The translations under genes and the position numbers were made by a program. The notes under the pieces are model-generated. The model worked only from the letters and a program-made list of their open reading frames with translations. It had not been told where the DNA came from and searched no databases. Shown here in pieces: positions 1-8,218 of a stretch of DNA of 64,000 nucleotides. Source of the stretch: Acidobacteriota bacterium (GTDB lineage Bacteria > Acidobacteriota > UBA6911 > RPQK01 > JAJDTT01); NCBI GenBank assembly GCA_965217775.1, contig CBDCJH010000002.1:5856001-5920000 (forward strand), in the 5' to 3' direction. The stretch's first letter is position 1, and each line of letters opens with the position of its first letter.

Positions 1-324
1 TTGTCCAAAGGGACCGTTGTGCTTGGGGACACGGAGATCTCCTATCACTTTCTGGGCCTGTCGGGTGGAGCCTTGCTTGAGATCCTCAATTCCAATGGAA
101 AGGCCCGGACCCGGAAAGAGGACGACGACGCCGGAATTCGGCACATCGCATTCCTGGTGGAGGACATGGACGTCTCTTGCCGGGACCTGCGGGAGAAGGG
201 GATTGAAGTCGGCCCGACGCGGGAGCTGCCGAACGGCACCAAGCTGGTCTTCTTCCGGGATCCGGAGGGAAATATCCTGCAACTCGTCTATCGCACGGCG
301 CCCGTCCGGCCCTGGCTGGCGTGA
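1..324 (+). CDS. VOC/glyoxalase family protein (5' truncated by window edge)
   Basis: GIRHIAFLVEDMD...LREKGIEV...LVFFRDPEGNILQL is the typical C-terminal VOC module. Confidence 0.85.
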   Translation: MSKGTVVLGDTEISYHFLGLSGGALLEILNSNGKARTRKEDDDAGIRHIAFLVEDMDVSCRDLREKGIEVGPTRELPNGTKLVFFRDPEGNILQLVYRTAPVRPWLA

Positions 325-379
325 CAAGCCCGGTCCGGTAACGGGAATCCGCCCGCGCGAGTCCACCTGCGCGGTAATC

Positions 380-1441
380 TCAGCTTCCGGTCCAGGAACG
401 GTAGGCGGCCAGTCCGACCAGGGCGTTGCAGGTGGTGTTGAGCCGGAGGTCCAGAGACTGGTCCGGTTTTCCACCGCCCACGGCGTCGCCCCACCACTGC
501 CCGTCTGGCTGCTGGCGCCGGATCAGATAGGCGGCAATCCGCCACGCCGCCCTCCGGTAGCGATCCTCGGGAGACACCTGGTACAGCTCGGTGAGGCCCC
601 ACAGGAATTTGTGGGATTCCACGCAGTCGTAGATCCCGTCTCTGCCGTTTAGGACGGAATCCGTGTAGTTCCTGGCCGCCTCGAGATAGCGGTTCTCCCG
701 GGTCAGCCGATAGAGCCGCACCAACAGCACCTGGACCGGCCCCAGCCGCGCAGGTCGCTGTTTTAGCCCGTTGCGGTCCACATAGTCCCTGCTGGTCCGT
801 TCCAGGAGCAGCTTTTGGCTACCATCCTTCCTTCGGTTGGCTGCCAGGTAGATTCCTTCCTCCGGGTGGGGCTGAAGCTTCAACAGATCGATGAGGAAAT
901 CACCCGCACGTCGAGCGGCGGAAACGTGACGGGTGGAGAGGAGCCCCAGACCGGCGAATCCGGCGGTCATTGCGTGCTGGACGCCCGTTCCCTCGCTGAG
1001 GTCCGCCCCCCTGTCCAGGAAACCGCCTTTCTCCCGGTCCTGATAGGCGAGGATGTCCTCGGCGAGTGGGAAGGCGATGTCGTACCGGCCACAGATCCCG
1101 GCGCCCCAGACCAGCCAGCCCCGATCATAGGTGTTGGTGAACCGGGACGCCTCCTGCTCCGGCGGAATCGCCAGTTGGCCGCGGTCTCCGAGGAAACGGG
1201 AGGCAAACCAGTCGAGACAGGGCAACGCCGCGTCGAAAGCGCCGTTGACGGCGAGGCTGCCGGGAACCTTGTAGTAGAGGGAAGCGTAGTCCGAATCCAG
1301 AAAGCTTCCCCGCTTGTCCATCAGGGATCGGAGCCAGCGGCATGCCGACTTAAGGCTCTCGGACAACTGGTAATCGTCTGGAAATCGGCTTCGTTCCCTT
1401 ACTTCCAATGGAGACTCGATACGGGGACGCCGTTTGCCCAC
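380..1441 (-). CDS. Hypothetical alpha/alpha-barrel protein (prenyltransferase/squalene-cyclase-like QW repeats); start uncertain
   Basis: 353-aa ORF with repeated helix + QxxDGxW/F motifs (WLRSLMDKRGSF, YQDREKGGF, LIRRQQPDGQWW). Confidence 0.6.
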   Translation of the reverse strand: MGKRRPRIESPLEVRERSRFPDDYQLSESLKSACRWLRSLMDKRGSFLDSDYASLYYKVPGSLAVNGAFDAALPCLDWFASRFLGDRGQLAIPPEQEASRFTNTYDRGWLVWGAGICGRYDIAFPLAEDILAYQDREKGGFLDRGADLSEGTGVQHAMTAGFAGLGLLSTRHVSAARRAGDFLIDLLKLQPHPEEGIYLAANRRKDGSQKLLLERTSRDYVDRNGLKQRPARLGPVQVLLVRLYRLTRENRYLEAARNYTDSVLNGRDGIYDCVESHKFLWGLTELYQVSPEDRYRRAAWRIAAYLIRRQQPDGQWWGDAVGGGKPDQSLDLRLNTTCNALVGLAAYRSWTGS

Positions 1442-1518
1442 GGCAGCACATTGGTGTCGACCTTGGGCGACTTCGGTTTTCTCACTTCGGTAACAACATT
1501 CATTTCGAGGACATGCAT
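1399..1518 (-). pseudogene. vapC: Truncated PIN-domain (VapC) toxin, 39 codons
   Basis: MHVLEMNVVTEVRK...DTNVLPWA matches the PIN N-terminus (consensus MYxLDTNVxSELRK); its ATG overlaps the antitoxin stop (TGATG); first catalytic Asp reads Glu; stop after 39 aa. Confidence 0.7.
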
Positions 1519-1775
1519 CAGGACAAGTCCACTGTACCGAACATCTTGCCCTTCAGACGCGGCGGGTCGAAATCGATGTCGGCGGCCTGTGGCATGGCCA
1601 ACAACTCGACGACGGTCGCTTCCTTGTCGGTGATCTTGAGATAGGATTCGATGGTCAACAAAACATGGGTGACACGGCCGCGGTCGGTGATGAAGACCGG
1701 TCCCGTCGCCGCGCACCGTTTGGCCTTACTCACGTCTTGAATGAATTCTCTACTGGTAAAAGTCGTGATCCCCAC
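1518..1775 (-). CDS. Phd/YefM family antitoxin
   Basis: GTG start at 1775: ITTFTSREFIQDVSKAKRCAATGPVFITDRGRVTHVLLTIESY (C-terminal part of the 1518..2504 ORF). Confidence 0.85.
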   Translation of the reverse strand: MGITTFTSREFIQDVSKAKRCAATGPVFITDRGRVTHVLLTIESYLKITDKEATVVELLAMPQAADIDFDPPRLKGKMFGTVDLS

Positions 1776-1803
1776 TGGCTGAGGCTCCAATATTTCAGTT
1801 CGT

Positions 1804-1824
1804 TGTAGGAATGTTACGACTACA
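1804..1824. promoter_or_regulatory. Probable TA operator palindrome
   Basis: TGTAG-N11-CTACA about 30 bp upstream of the antitoxin start. Confidence 0.4.
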
Positions 1825-1858
1825 TTTGTCGCACGGCATCTCCTCCAGGTGGAGGCAC

Positions 1859-3550
1859 TCAGTCTCCGTCCCAGGCCTTCGGTGCGATGCCGTCGATGTG
1901 GGTCTTCACGTCGATCACGGCGGGCCGGTTCGAGTCCAACGCCTGCTCCAGAGCGCCGGCCAACTCGCTCGGCTTGTTGACCTGGATTCCGAAGCAGCCC
2001 ATCGACTCGGCGATCTTTGCAAAGTCGGCGTCGGTGAGCCTCCAGAGCAGATCGGATCCCGGCTGGCGCCCGCCATAGATCCTTTCGTTGAGATCCTTCT
2101 CCTGGTTCAGTGAGGCGTTGTTGTTGATCAGCGTCACCGTGTGGATTCCATGGCGGAGCGCCGTGTCCCACTCCGTCATGTGGTACCAGACACCGCCGTC
2201 TCCGGTGAAGCAGACGACGGGCCGGTCGCCGGCGGCGCACTTGGCGCCGATGGCCGCCGGAATGCCCCATCCCAGGGATCCGGCACAGCGGATGTAGGAT
2301 TGAGTCGGCGACGTCAGGTCCACCATGGTTCCGGTCCAGATGCCCGAGTGCCCGGTGTCGGACACGAGGATGGCGTCGTCCGGCAGCAGCCGGGTCAGCT
2401 CCTTGCACAGCCGTTCCGGCAGCATGGGGAGGAGATCGGAGTTGGCCAAGGGCGCCACCTCCTCCTGCCACTCCCGGACCAGTTGATGAACGCGGGCGAT
2501 CCATCCGGCGCGGGACCGGGACAGCTCCGAGGACTCGACGCCGCTGCAGTGGGCCAGCATCTTGCGCAGTCCGGCCCGGGCGTCGCCCTGCATGCCCACC
2601 GAAATGGGGAAGGATCGTCCCAGCTCGGCCGGATCGATGTCGAGTTGGACGACCCGGGTTCCGGGCCGGGGGATCCGCCAGTCGTTGGTGACCTGGCCGC
2701 CAGTGTGACTACCCACGAAGAAGACCAGATCCGCTTCGGCCAGGGCCCGGTTCGCGCAGGCGCGGGAGTACTGGCCCGAAACGCCGACGCACAGCGGGTG
2801 GTCGAAGGGGAAGGTCTCCTTGGCGTTCAGTGAGGTGATGACGGGAAGCTGAAGCCGTTCCGAGAGTTCCACCAGTTCCTGGCCGGCCCCGGAGACGGTC
2901 ACGCCGCCCCCCGCTACCACAATGGGCCGTCGGGCCTTGACCAGCTGTTCGATGGCGTCGAGCACCGGCGCCAATTCCGGCTCGGGGCGAAAGGGCGGGA
3001 TCTGGGTGAAGGGCTCCTCGACCACGATCTCCAGGTCGGCCTCGCCGCTCATCACCTCTCCGCCGAAGATTCCCCACAACTCCAGGTTGGTGGGTCGAGG
3101 CGTCCCAGTCGTGGCCTCCCGAATGGCTTGGCGCAGGAAGCGGGGAAAGTGGTCGACCGCGGTGACTGCCATGCTGTATTTGGTCACGGCGGCGAAGGGT
3201 CCTGTGTGCTCCACCTCCTGGTAGGCGTTTCTGTCCTGACGGATCTGCGGAAGCCGCCCCGTCAGCGCGACGACGGGCGAACAGCCCAGATAGGCGTCCT
3301 GGAGTCCGGCCGCCAGATTCAGAGCGCCCACCGATTGGGCGCCACAAACCCCGATCCCCCGGCGGACCCGGGCGTAGCCGTCGGCCATGTAGGCCGCCGC
3401 CTTCTCACCGTGGGTCATGATTCTGGAGATCCCCATCCGCTCCATTTCCGGCATGGCCTCGGGTATGACCACGGGCATGAAGAAGAAGTGTGTGACGCCG
3501 TACCCGTGCAGGGTCTCGGCCAGAAAGCGGGCTCCCGTCATCGTCGCCAT
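1859..3550 (-). CDS. Thiamine pyrophosphate-binding protein (acetolactate synthase-like family)
   Basis: MTGARFLAETL, HGEKAAAYMADGYAR, GSLGWGIPAAIGAK, TPP motif GDGG...NN. Confidence 0.9.
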   Translation of the reverse strand: MATMTGARFLAETLHGYGVTHFFFMPVVIPEAMPEMERMGISRIMTHGEKAAAYMADGYARVRRGIGVCGAQSVGALNLAAGLQDAYLGCSPVVALTGRLPQIRQDRNAYQEVEHTGPFAAVTKYSMAVTAVDHFPRFLRQAIREATTGTPRPTNLELWGIFGGEVMSGEADLEIVVEEPFTQIPPFRPEPELAPVLDAIEQLVKARRPIVVAGGGVTVSGAGQELVELSERLQLPVITSLNAKETFPFDHPLCVGVSGQYSRACANRALAEADLVFFVGSHTGGQVTNDWRIPRPGTRVVQLDIDPAELGRSFPISVGMQGDARAGLRKMLAHCSGVESSELSRSRAGWIARVHQLVREWQEEVAPLANSDLLPMLPERLCKELTRLLPDDAILVSDTGHSGIWTGTMVDLTSPTQSYIRCAGSLGWGIPAAIGAKCAAGDRPVVCFTGDGGVWYHMTEWDTALRHGIHTVTLINNNASLNQEKDLNERIYGGRQPGSDLLWRLTDADFAKIAESMGCFGIQVNKPSELAGALEQALDSNRPAVIDVKTHIDGIAPKAWDGD

Positions 3551-3649
3551 AGGAAAGGGTCTCCCCGAATGCGCTCTGCCGATCTCAGCTTGGGACACGC
3601 TTCGATCGGACGGGTTGATGGCACAGGTATGTCGGGCTCAGTCTACTAC

Positions 3650-3672
3650 GCGCCCGTGGTCAAAGTCGCCGC
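3650..3672. repeat. Remnant left end of the ~160-bp MITE-like family
   Basis: GCCCGTGGTCAAAGTCG resembles the terminus at 51361 and 59110. Confidence 0.4.
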
Positions 3673-3724
3673 GGCCCAAGGCTGGCCCGGCGTCCGGGAG
3701 GTAGGCTTCATCCTGAAACGGGAG

Positions 3725-3747
3725 CGGGCAACCACCAGGGTTGCCCG
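3725..3747 (-). terminator. Hairpin downstream of DUF6600 paralogue 1 (terminator or REP-like)
   Basis: CGGGCAACC-accag-GGTTGCCCG; a near-identical copy lies at 6314-6344. Confidence 0.55.
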
Positions 3748-3806
3748 TTCTTGTCTGCATGTTCGACGCCGCGCGCTGCCACGCGGCCCGGGGGATTCCA
3801 GAATCG

Positions 3807-6215
3807 CTAACGGTTCCTGGATGAACGTCGAGAGCGGGAACTGCCCCCGGAAGACCCGGACCGTTTTGGCGCAGACCGCACCTTGGAGCTGGATGGCCTG
3901 CTTCTCGACGGCGCCGGAGCGCGATACGAGGGAGTCGACCTGGGTGAAGGCCGCGATCGCACCGCAGGACGAGAGCTGGACCGTGACGAGGACCGGACCG
4001 CCGGACGCGAGACTGTCCGCTGGGAAGATGGTCTCGACCGCCTCGAGCTGGAGACGGAGGGCCTTGACTGGTTGCGGGGGGTTCGTTTGGTGACGGACCC
4101 TCTCGATCCGGACGAGGACCGGGAAATACTTCGGCTCGAAGAAGAGGGTCGAGACGATCGCTGGGTCCGGGTCGGGGTGCGTGTGACGCTGGCGCCGGAC
4201 CGCCCGCTCGACCGGGAATTGGAGCGTTGACGGGTGAGCGATCGGCTGGACCCGGTTCGATTGGGACGGCTGACGTTGGATGGCCGGGAGGGTGCCCGAA
4301 CGCGAGAGCTCCCGGAGCGGGAGACGGAGGGCGTCGACGGGCTACGCCTGGTTTGTTTGGTGACGGACTTGCTCGATCCGGACGAGGACCGGGAAATACT
4401 TCGGCTCGAAGAAGAGGATCGGGAAGATTGGGGGGTCCGGGTCGGGGTACGGATGACGTTCGCGCCGGACCGCCCGCTTGACCGGGAATTGGACCGCTGG
4501 CGGATGAATGATGGGCTGGACCCGGTTCGATTGGGACGGCTGACGTTGGATGGCCGGGAGGGTGCCCGAACGCGAGAGTTCCCGGAGCGGGAGACGGAGG
4601 GCGTCGACGGGCTACGGCTGCTGCGTTTGGTGACGGATTCCCTCGATCCGGACGAAGGCCGGGAAATACTCCGGCTCGAAGTCGAGGAACGGGCCGGCTG
4701 CGAGGCCTGGGTGCGGGAACGGCTCAGGCTCTCCCGGGACGCGCCTTGTTGCCGGGAATCGGACCGTTGGCGCGTAATCGTTCGGATGGATCCGGTTCGA
4801 TCGGCACGGTTGACGGTCGATCGCCGGGAGGCGGTCCCGACCCGAGAGTCGCCGGAGCCCCTCCGGGTGACGGTGGAGCGCCGGGAGCCGCCTTCCACGA
4901 CTCGATCCCGAGTGCGGCCGGTGGATTGGGATGCCAACCTGGAGGAACGGACACCGCTTCTCGAAGAAACGGAGTTTCGACCCCTCACCCGGGGACGGCG
5001 GAGTTCCCTGGGGAGGCCCTCCCGGAATTTACCCACGATGGCGTTGGAGGCCACGACTCGCGTCCTGGTGGGTCCTCTTCCCAGATCGCGCCCATGAACG
5101 ACGGTCAGCCCGTTGGAACGGTCCCGCGGGTTCCAATTCCGGAAAATGTTGTTCTGAACGACGACGGTCGTGTTGCCGCGCCCCCGGCGGCCCCTTCCGT
5201 AGTAGCCTCTGGGCGACCAGCCGACGTAACCATTTCCCCAGTAGAAGTCGACGTGAGCCGGATGCCACCGGTTGAACCCCCCGGGCACCCAGGCCCAACG
5301 GGCCCTCGGCCGGTAATAGATCCAGCGCCCGTAATGGTAGGGAAGCCAACCCCAGGGCTCATAGCTGACCCAGGTCCACCCGCCGGCGAGGTACCCCCAC
5401 CGACCGTGGCGAAACGGCGCCCATCCCACCGAAACGGTGGGCACCCAGACGTGTCCGTGGGAGCCGTAGTTATACCAGTGGCCATGATGGTCCAGCGAAT
5501 GGACTCCCGCGTAGTCGACACCCCCCAGGTAGCCGGTGGAACGACTGCTCACCAGAAGGGCGTCGCGGCGCCCGCTCCAGAGCTCGAAATCGTCCAGATC
5601 CCGAACCAGCGCCTGGATTCCGCTCTGCTGTGCGTCCAGAAGCAACTCTTGTCCGGTTTCCACCTTCACCTTCCCGCGCGGGCTGGTGACTTCCGCCCGG
5701 CCCTTGTGGACCACCAGGCGCATGGTACCGCCGGGATCGACCTGGATTCGGTAGAGTCCTTTCTTTCGAAAGCTCACCGAGGCCAAATCCGTCTCCGCAT
5801 GGACCCGACCACCCTTGTTCACACGGAGGATCAGATCACCCTGGTGAATCTTCAGGATGTTCTCTTTTTGGGACAGCTCCGAGAAGAAGACGTCGGTCTC
5901 TCCGGAGATTCGGACGAAGTTGCCGTCCCCCAACTCCACCTCGATCCGGGAATCGGGGTGGGCGACGATCCGGTCGCCGCTGACCAGGGGAAGATTGAGG
6001 GTCACCTCGCTCCAGTCCACGTCACCCGAAGACTCGTAGGCGGCGCGGCCGTCCATGAAGCTGACCCGGGCCGGATGTTCCCGGCCGGCCGAAACCCACG
6101 TGGTGGAAAATCCCGTCATCAGGATAAGGAGCGCGGCCAGCGGAGTCAGTCGCTCCCCCCGCCACGCTTTCGAGTTTCCGGAACTGCCTGCTGGGATTGG
6201 TTTTGCTGTGTTCAT
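3807..6215 (-). CDS. Exported FecR-like + DUF6600 domain protein with long Ser/Arg-rich low-complexity tail (paralogue 1)
   Basis: Signal peptide; ARVSFMDG...NLPLVSGDRI FecR-like start; LDHHGHW...WAPFRHGRW...WVSYEPWGWLPYHYGRW DUF6600 signature; about 390-aa S/R/P-rich C-terminus. Confidence 0.85.
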   Translation of the reverse strand: MNTAKPIPAGSSGNSKAWRGERLTPLAALLILMTGFSTTWVSAGREHPARVSFMDGRAAYESSGDVDWSEVTLNLPLVSGDRIVAHPDSRIEVELGDGNFVRISGETDVFFSELSQKENILKIHQGDLILRVNKGGRVHAETDLASVSFRKKGLYRIQVDPGGTMRLVVHKGRAEVTSPRGKVKVETGQELLLDAQQSGIQALVRDLDDFELWSGRRDALLVSSRSTGYLGGVDYAGVHSLDHHGHWYNYGSHGHVWVPTVSVGWAPFRHGRWGYLAGGWTWVSYEPWGWLPYHYGRWIYYRPRARWAWVPGGFNRWHPAHVDFYWGNGYVGWSPRGYYGRGRRGRGNTTVVVQNNIFRNWNPRDRSNGLTVVHGRDLGRGPTRTRVVASNAIVGKFREGLPRELRRPRVRGRNSVSSRSGVRSSRLASQSTGRTRDRVVEGGSRRSTVTRRGSGDSRVGTASRRSTVNRADRTGSIRTITRQRSDSRQQGASRESLSRSRTQASQPARSSTSSRSISRPSSGSRESVTKRSSRSPSTPSVSRSGNSRVRAPSRPSNVSRPNRTGSSPSFIRQRSNSRSSGRSGANVIRTPTRTPQSSRSSSSSRSISRSSSGSSKSVTKQTRRSPSTPSVSRSGSSRVRAPSRPSNVSRPNRTGSSRSLTRQRSNSRSSGRSGASVTRTPTRTQRSSRPSSSSRSISRSSSGSRGSVTKRTPRNQSRPSVSSSRRSRPSSQRTVSRPAVRSSSRSSSRPAVRSRPSPRSTPSYRAPAPSRSRPSSSKVRSAPKRSGSSGGSSRSRRSSRNR
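4050..4810 (-). repeat. Intragenic tandem repeat, 270-bp (90-aa) period, about 3 copies
   Basis: CTCGATCCGGACGA..CCGGGAAATACT.CGGCTCGAAG recurs at 4102, 4372 and 4642. Confidence 0.85.
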
Positions 6216-6226
6216 GATGGCCTCAC

Positions 6227-6262
6227 ATCATACAGACGGAGTGCATCGCTGCTCGGTTCAAT
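6227..6262 (-). promoter_or_regulatory. ECF sigma-type promoter of paralogue 1
   Basis: Minus strand TGAACC-N16-CGTCTgtatgat, then GAGG RBS and ATG at 6215. Confidence 0.6.
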
Positions 6263-6313
6263 TGACCGGTGCAGTATCTTGGCGGCCAGCATCATTGTGC
6301 CATGTCGGAAACG

Positions 6314-6344
6314 AAAACGGGCAACCACCGGGGTTGCCCGTTTT
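6314..6344 (-). terminator. Intrinsic terminator-like hairpin after the paralogue 2 tail ORF
   Basis: AAAACGGGCAACC-accgg-GGTTGCCCGTTTT, with T-runs on both strands. Confidence 0.65.
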
Positions 6345-6396
6345 CTCCTGTCTTGTTGTCGCCACGCATCACCGCGCGTTCCGGACCAGTCCTGAA

Positions 6397-6903
6397 TCAG
6401 TTCCGGCTGCGGGAGGTGCTCCGAGAGCGGGACCCGCCTCCGGAAGATCCGGATTGCCTGGGAGGGGACTGTACCCGAGGGCTGGGAGAACGCCTGACCG
6501 ATGGAGCCGGAGAACGATACGTGGGAGTCGTCCTTTGCATCGACGGATACGGCGTCCGGGAAACAGATCGCGAAGAGGATCGGACCGACGGACTTGTAAA
6601 TGTCGGCGAGGAAGATGGCCTCGATCGTCTTGAACTCCAGACGGATGGCCTGGACGCGTTGCGACTGCTGCGGGTGGCGAAGGACCCTCTGGAGGCGGGC
6701 GAACTGCGAGACAAGCTACGGCTCGACGACCTTGACCGGAAGGACTGCTGCGCCCGGGTCCGAGTGCCGTCGGTTCCACTTCTGGCGACGCTGGAACGTC
6801 GAGAGCCGCCTTGCAGGACTCCCTCCCGAGAAATCCCGGAGGGTCGGGATGCCAATCTGGAGGAGCGGACGTCACTTCTCGAAAATGCGGAGTTTCGGTT
6901 CAT
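6397..6903 (-). CDS. Ser/Arg-rich tail of paralogue 2 in a shifted frame (separate ORF or frameshifted 3' part)
   Basis: MNRNSAFSRSDVRSSRLAS aligns with RGRNSVSSRSGVRSSRLAS of paralogue 1; its ATG overlaps the upstream TGA (ATGA). Confidence 0.6.
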   Translation of the reverse strand: MNRNSAFSRSDVRSSRLASRPSGISREGVLQGGSRRSSVARSGTDGTRTRAQQSFRSRSSSRSLSRSSPASRGSFATRSSRNASRPSVWSSRRSRPSSSPTFTSPSVRSSSRSVSRTPYPSMQRTTPTYRSPAPSVRRSPSPRVQSPPRQSGSSGGGSRSRSTSRSRN

Positions 6904-8129
6904 ACACGAGAACGCCGGAGTTCTCGGGGTAAACCTTGCCGGAGACCGCCCACGATGGCGCCGGAGGCCAAGACACGAGTCCTCGTTGGTTCTCTGCCCA
7001 AGTCGTTCCGGTTTACGACGGTCAGGCCGTTGGAACGATCCCGCGGATTCCAATTCCGTAAAGTATTGTTTTGGGCCACCGTGGTCGGATTTGCGCCTCC
7101 GATGCCCCTCCCGTAGTAGCCTCGAGGCGCCCAGCCGAAGTAGTCGCCACCCCAATAGAAGTCCACAAGAGCCGGCCGCCATCGGTTGAACCCACCCGGC
7201 ACCCATGCCCAACGGCCCATGGGCCCGTAATGGATCCAGCGTCCGTAGTGGTAGGGGAGCCAACCCCAGGGCTCATGGCTCACCCACGTCAGTCCAGAAG
7301 AGAGGTAACACCACCGTCCGTATCGGAACGGAGCCCATCCCACCGAGGCGTCGGGCACCCAAACGTGGCCGAAACTGCCCGCTTGGACCCAGTCGCCATG
7401 CTGGTCCAGCGTCTGGACTCCCGGGAAGTCGACGCCTCCCAGGTACCCGGCGGAAAGGCTGCTGACCATCACGGCGTCTCGCCGTCCACTCCAGAGCTCG
7501 AATTCGTCGAGTTCCCGAACCAGCGCCTGGATTCCGAGGTGGCGTGCATCAAGAAGCAACTGTTGCCCCGTCTCCACTCGTTCCTTCCCATGCCGGCTGC
7601 TGACTTCCGCCCGGCCCTTGTGGACCACCAGGCGGATCGAGCCGTCTGGATCGATCTGGATTCGGTAAAGTCCCTTTTTGCGAATCTTGACCGAAGCCTG
7701 GTCCAAGTCGACCTGGATCCGGCTGGCGTCGGCCACTCGCAGAATCAGGTCGCCCTCGTGAAGCTTCAGGATCGTCTTTTTTGGGGACAGTTCAGGGAAG
7801 AGGACATCGGTCTCCCCGAAGATTCGGACGAAGTTTCCATCCCCCAACTCCACCTCGATCCGCGAGTCGGGGTGGCCCATGATCCGGTCGCCGCTGACCA
7901 GGGGTAGATTGAGCGTCACCTCGTTCCAGTCCACGTCACCGGCAGTCTCGTAGGCGGCGCGTCCGTCCATGAAGCTGACCCGGGCCGGATGCTCCCGGCC
8001 GGCCGAAACCCAGGTGGCGGAAAATCCCGTAATCAGGGTAACGAACGCGCACAACAGAGCCGTTCGGCTCCACCGTCGCGTCCTTAAGTGTATGGAATTG
8101 CCTGTGGGAACTGGGGGTGAGATTCTCAT
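6900..8129 (-). CDS. Exported FecR-like + DUF6600 domain protein (paralogue 2), ending where the tail begins
   Basis: Closely similar to 3807..6215 up to GLPRELRRSRV*. Confidence 0.8.
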   Translation of the reverse strand: MRISPPVPTGNSIHLRTRRWSRTALLCAFVTLITGFSATWVSAGREHPARVSFMDGRAAYETAGDVDWNEVTLNLPLVSGDRIMGHPDSRIEVELGDGNFVRIFGETDVLFPELSPKKTILKLHEGDLILRVADASRIQVDLDQASVKIRKKGLYRIQIDPDGSIRLVVHKGRAEVSSRHGKERVETGQQLLLDARHLGIQALVRELDEFELWSGRRDAVMVSSLSAGYLGGVDFPGVQTLDQHGDWVQAGSFGHVWVPDASVGWAPFRYGRWCYLSSGLTWVSHEPWGWLPYHYGRWIHYGPMGRWAWVPGGFNRWRPALVDFYWGGDYFGWAPRGYYGRGIGGANPTTVAQNNTLRNWNPRDRSNGLTVVNRNDLGREPTRTRVLASGAIVGGLRQGLPRELRRSRV

Positions 8130-8140
8130 GATTGCCTCCC

Positions 8141-8176
8141 ATTATACAGACGTGGACAATCCTTGCCCGGTTCAAT
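8141..8176 (-). promoter_or_regulatory. ECF sigma-type promoter of paralogue 2
   Basis: Minus strand TGAACC-N16-CGTCTgtataat, then GGAGG RBS and ATG at 8129. Confidence 0.6.
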
Positions 8177-8218
8177 TTCCAAATAAAGTTTTCGATCGAG
8201 TTTCCCTGACCGGTCTCC

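Noticed and set aside
3883-7189. Plus-strand Arg/Asp/Glu/Leu-rich ORFs (e.g. 4234..5097, 6269..7189)
   Set aside because: They are the reverse complement of the Ser/Arg repeats and have no RBS or independent evidence
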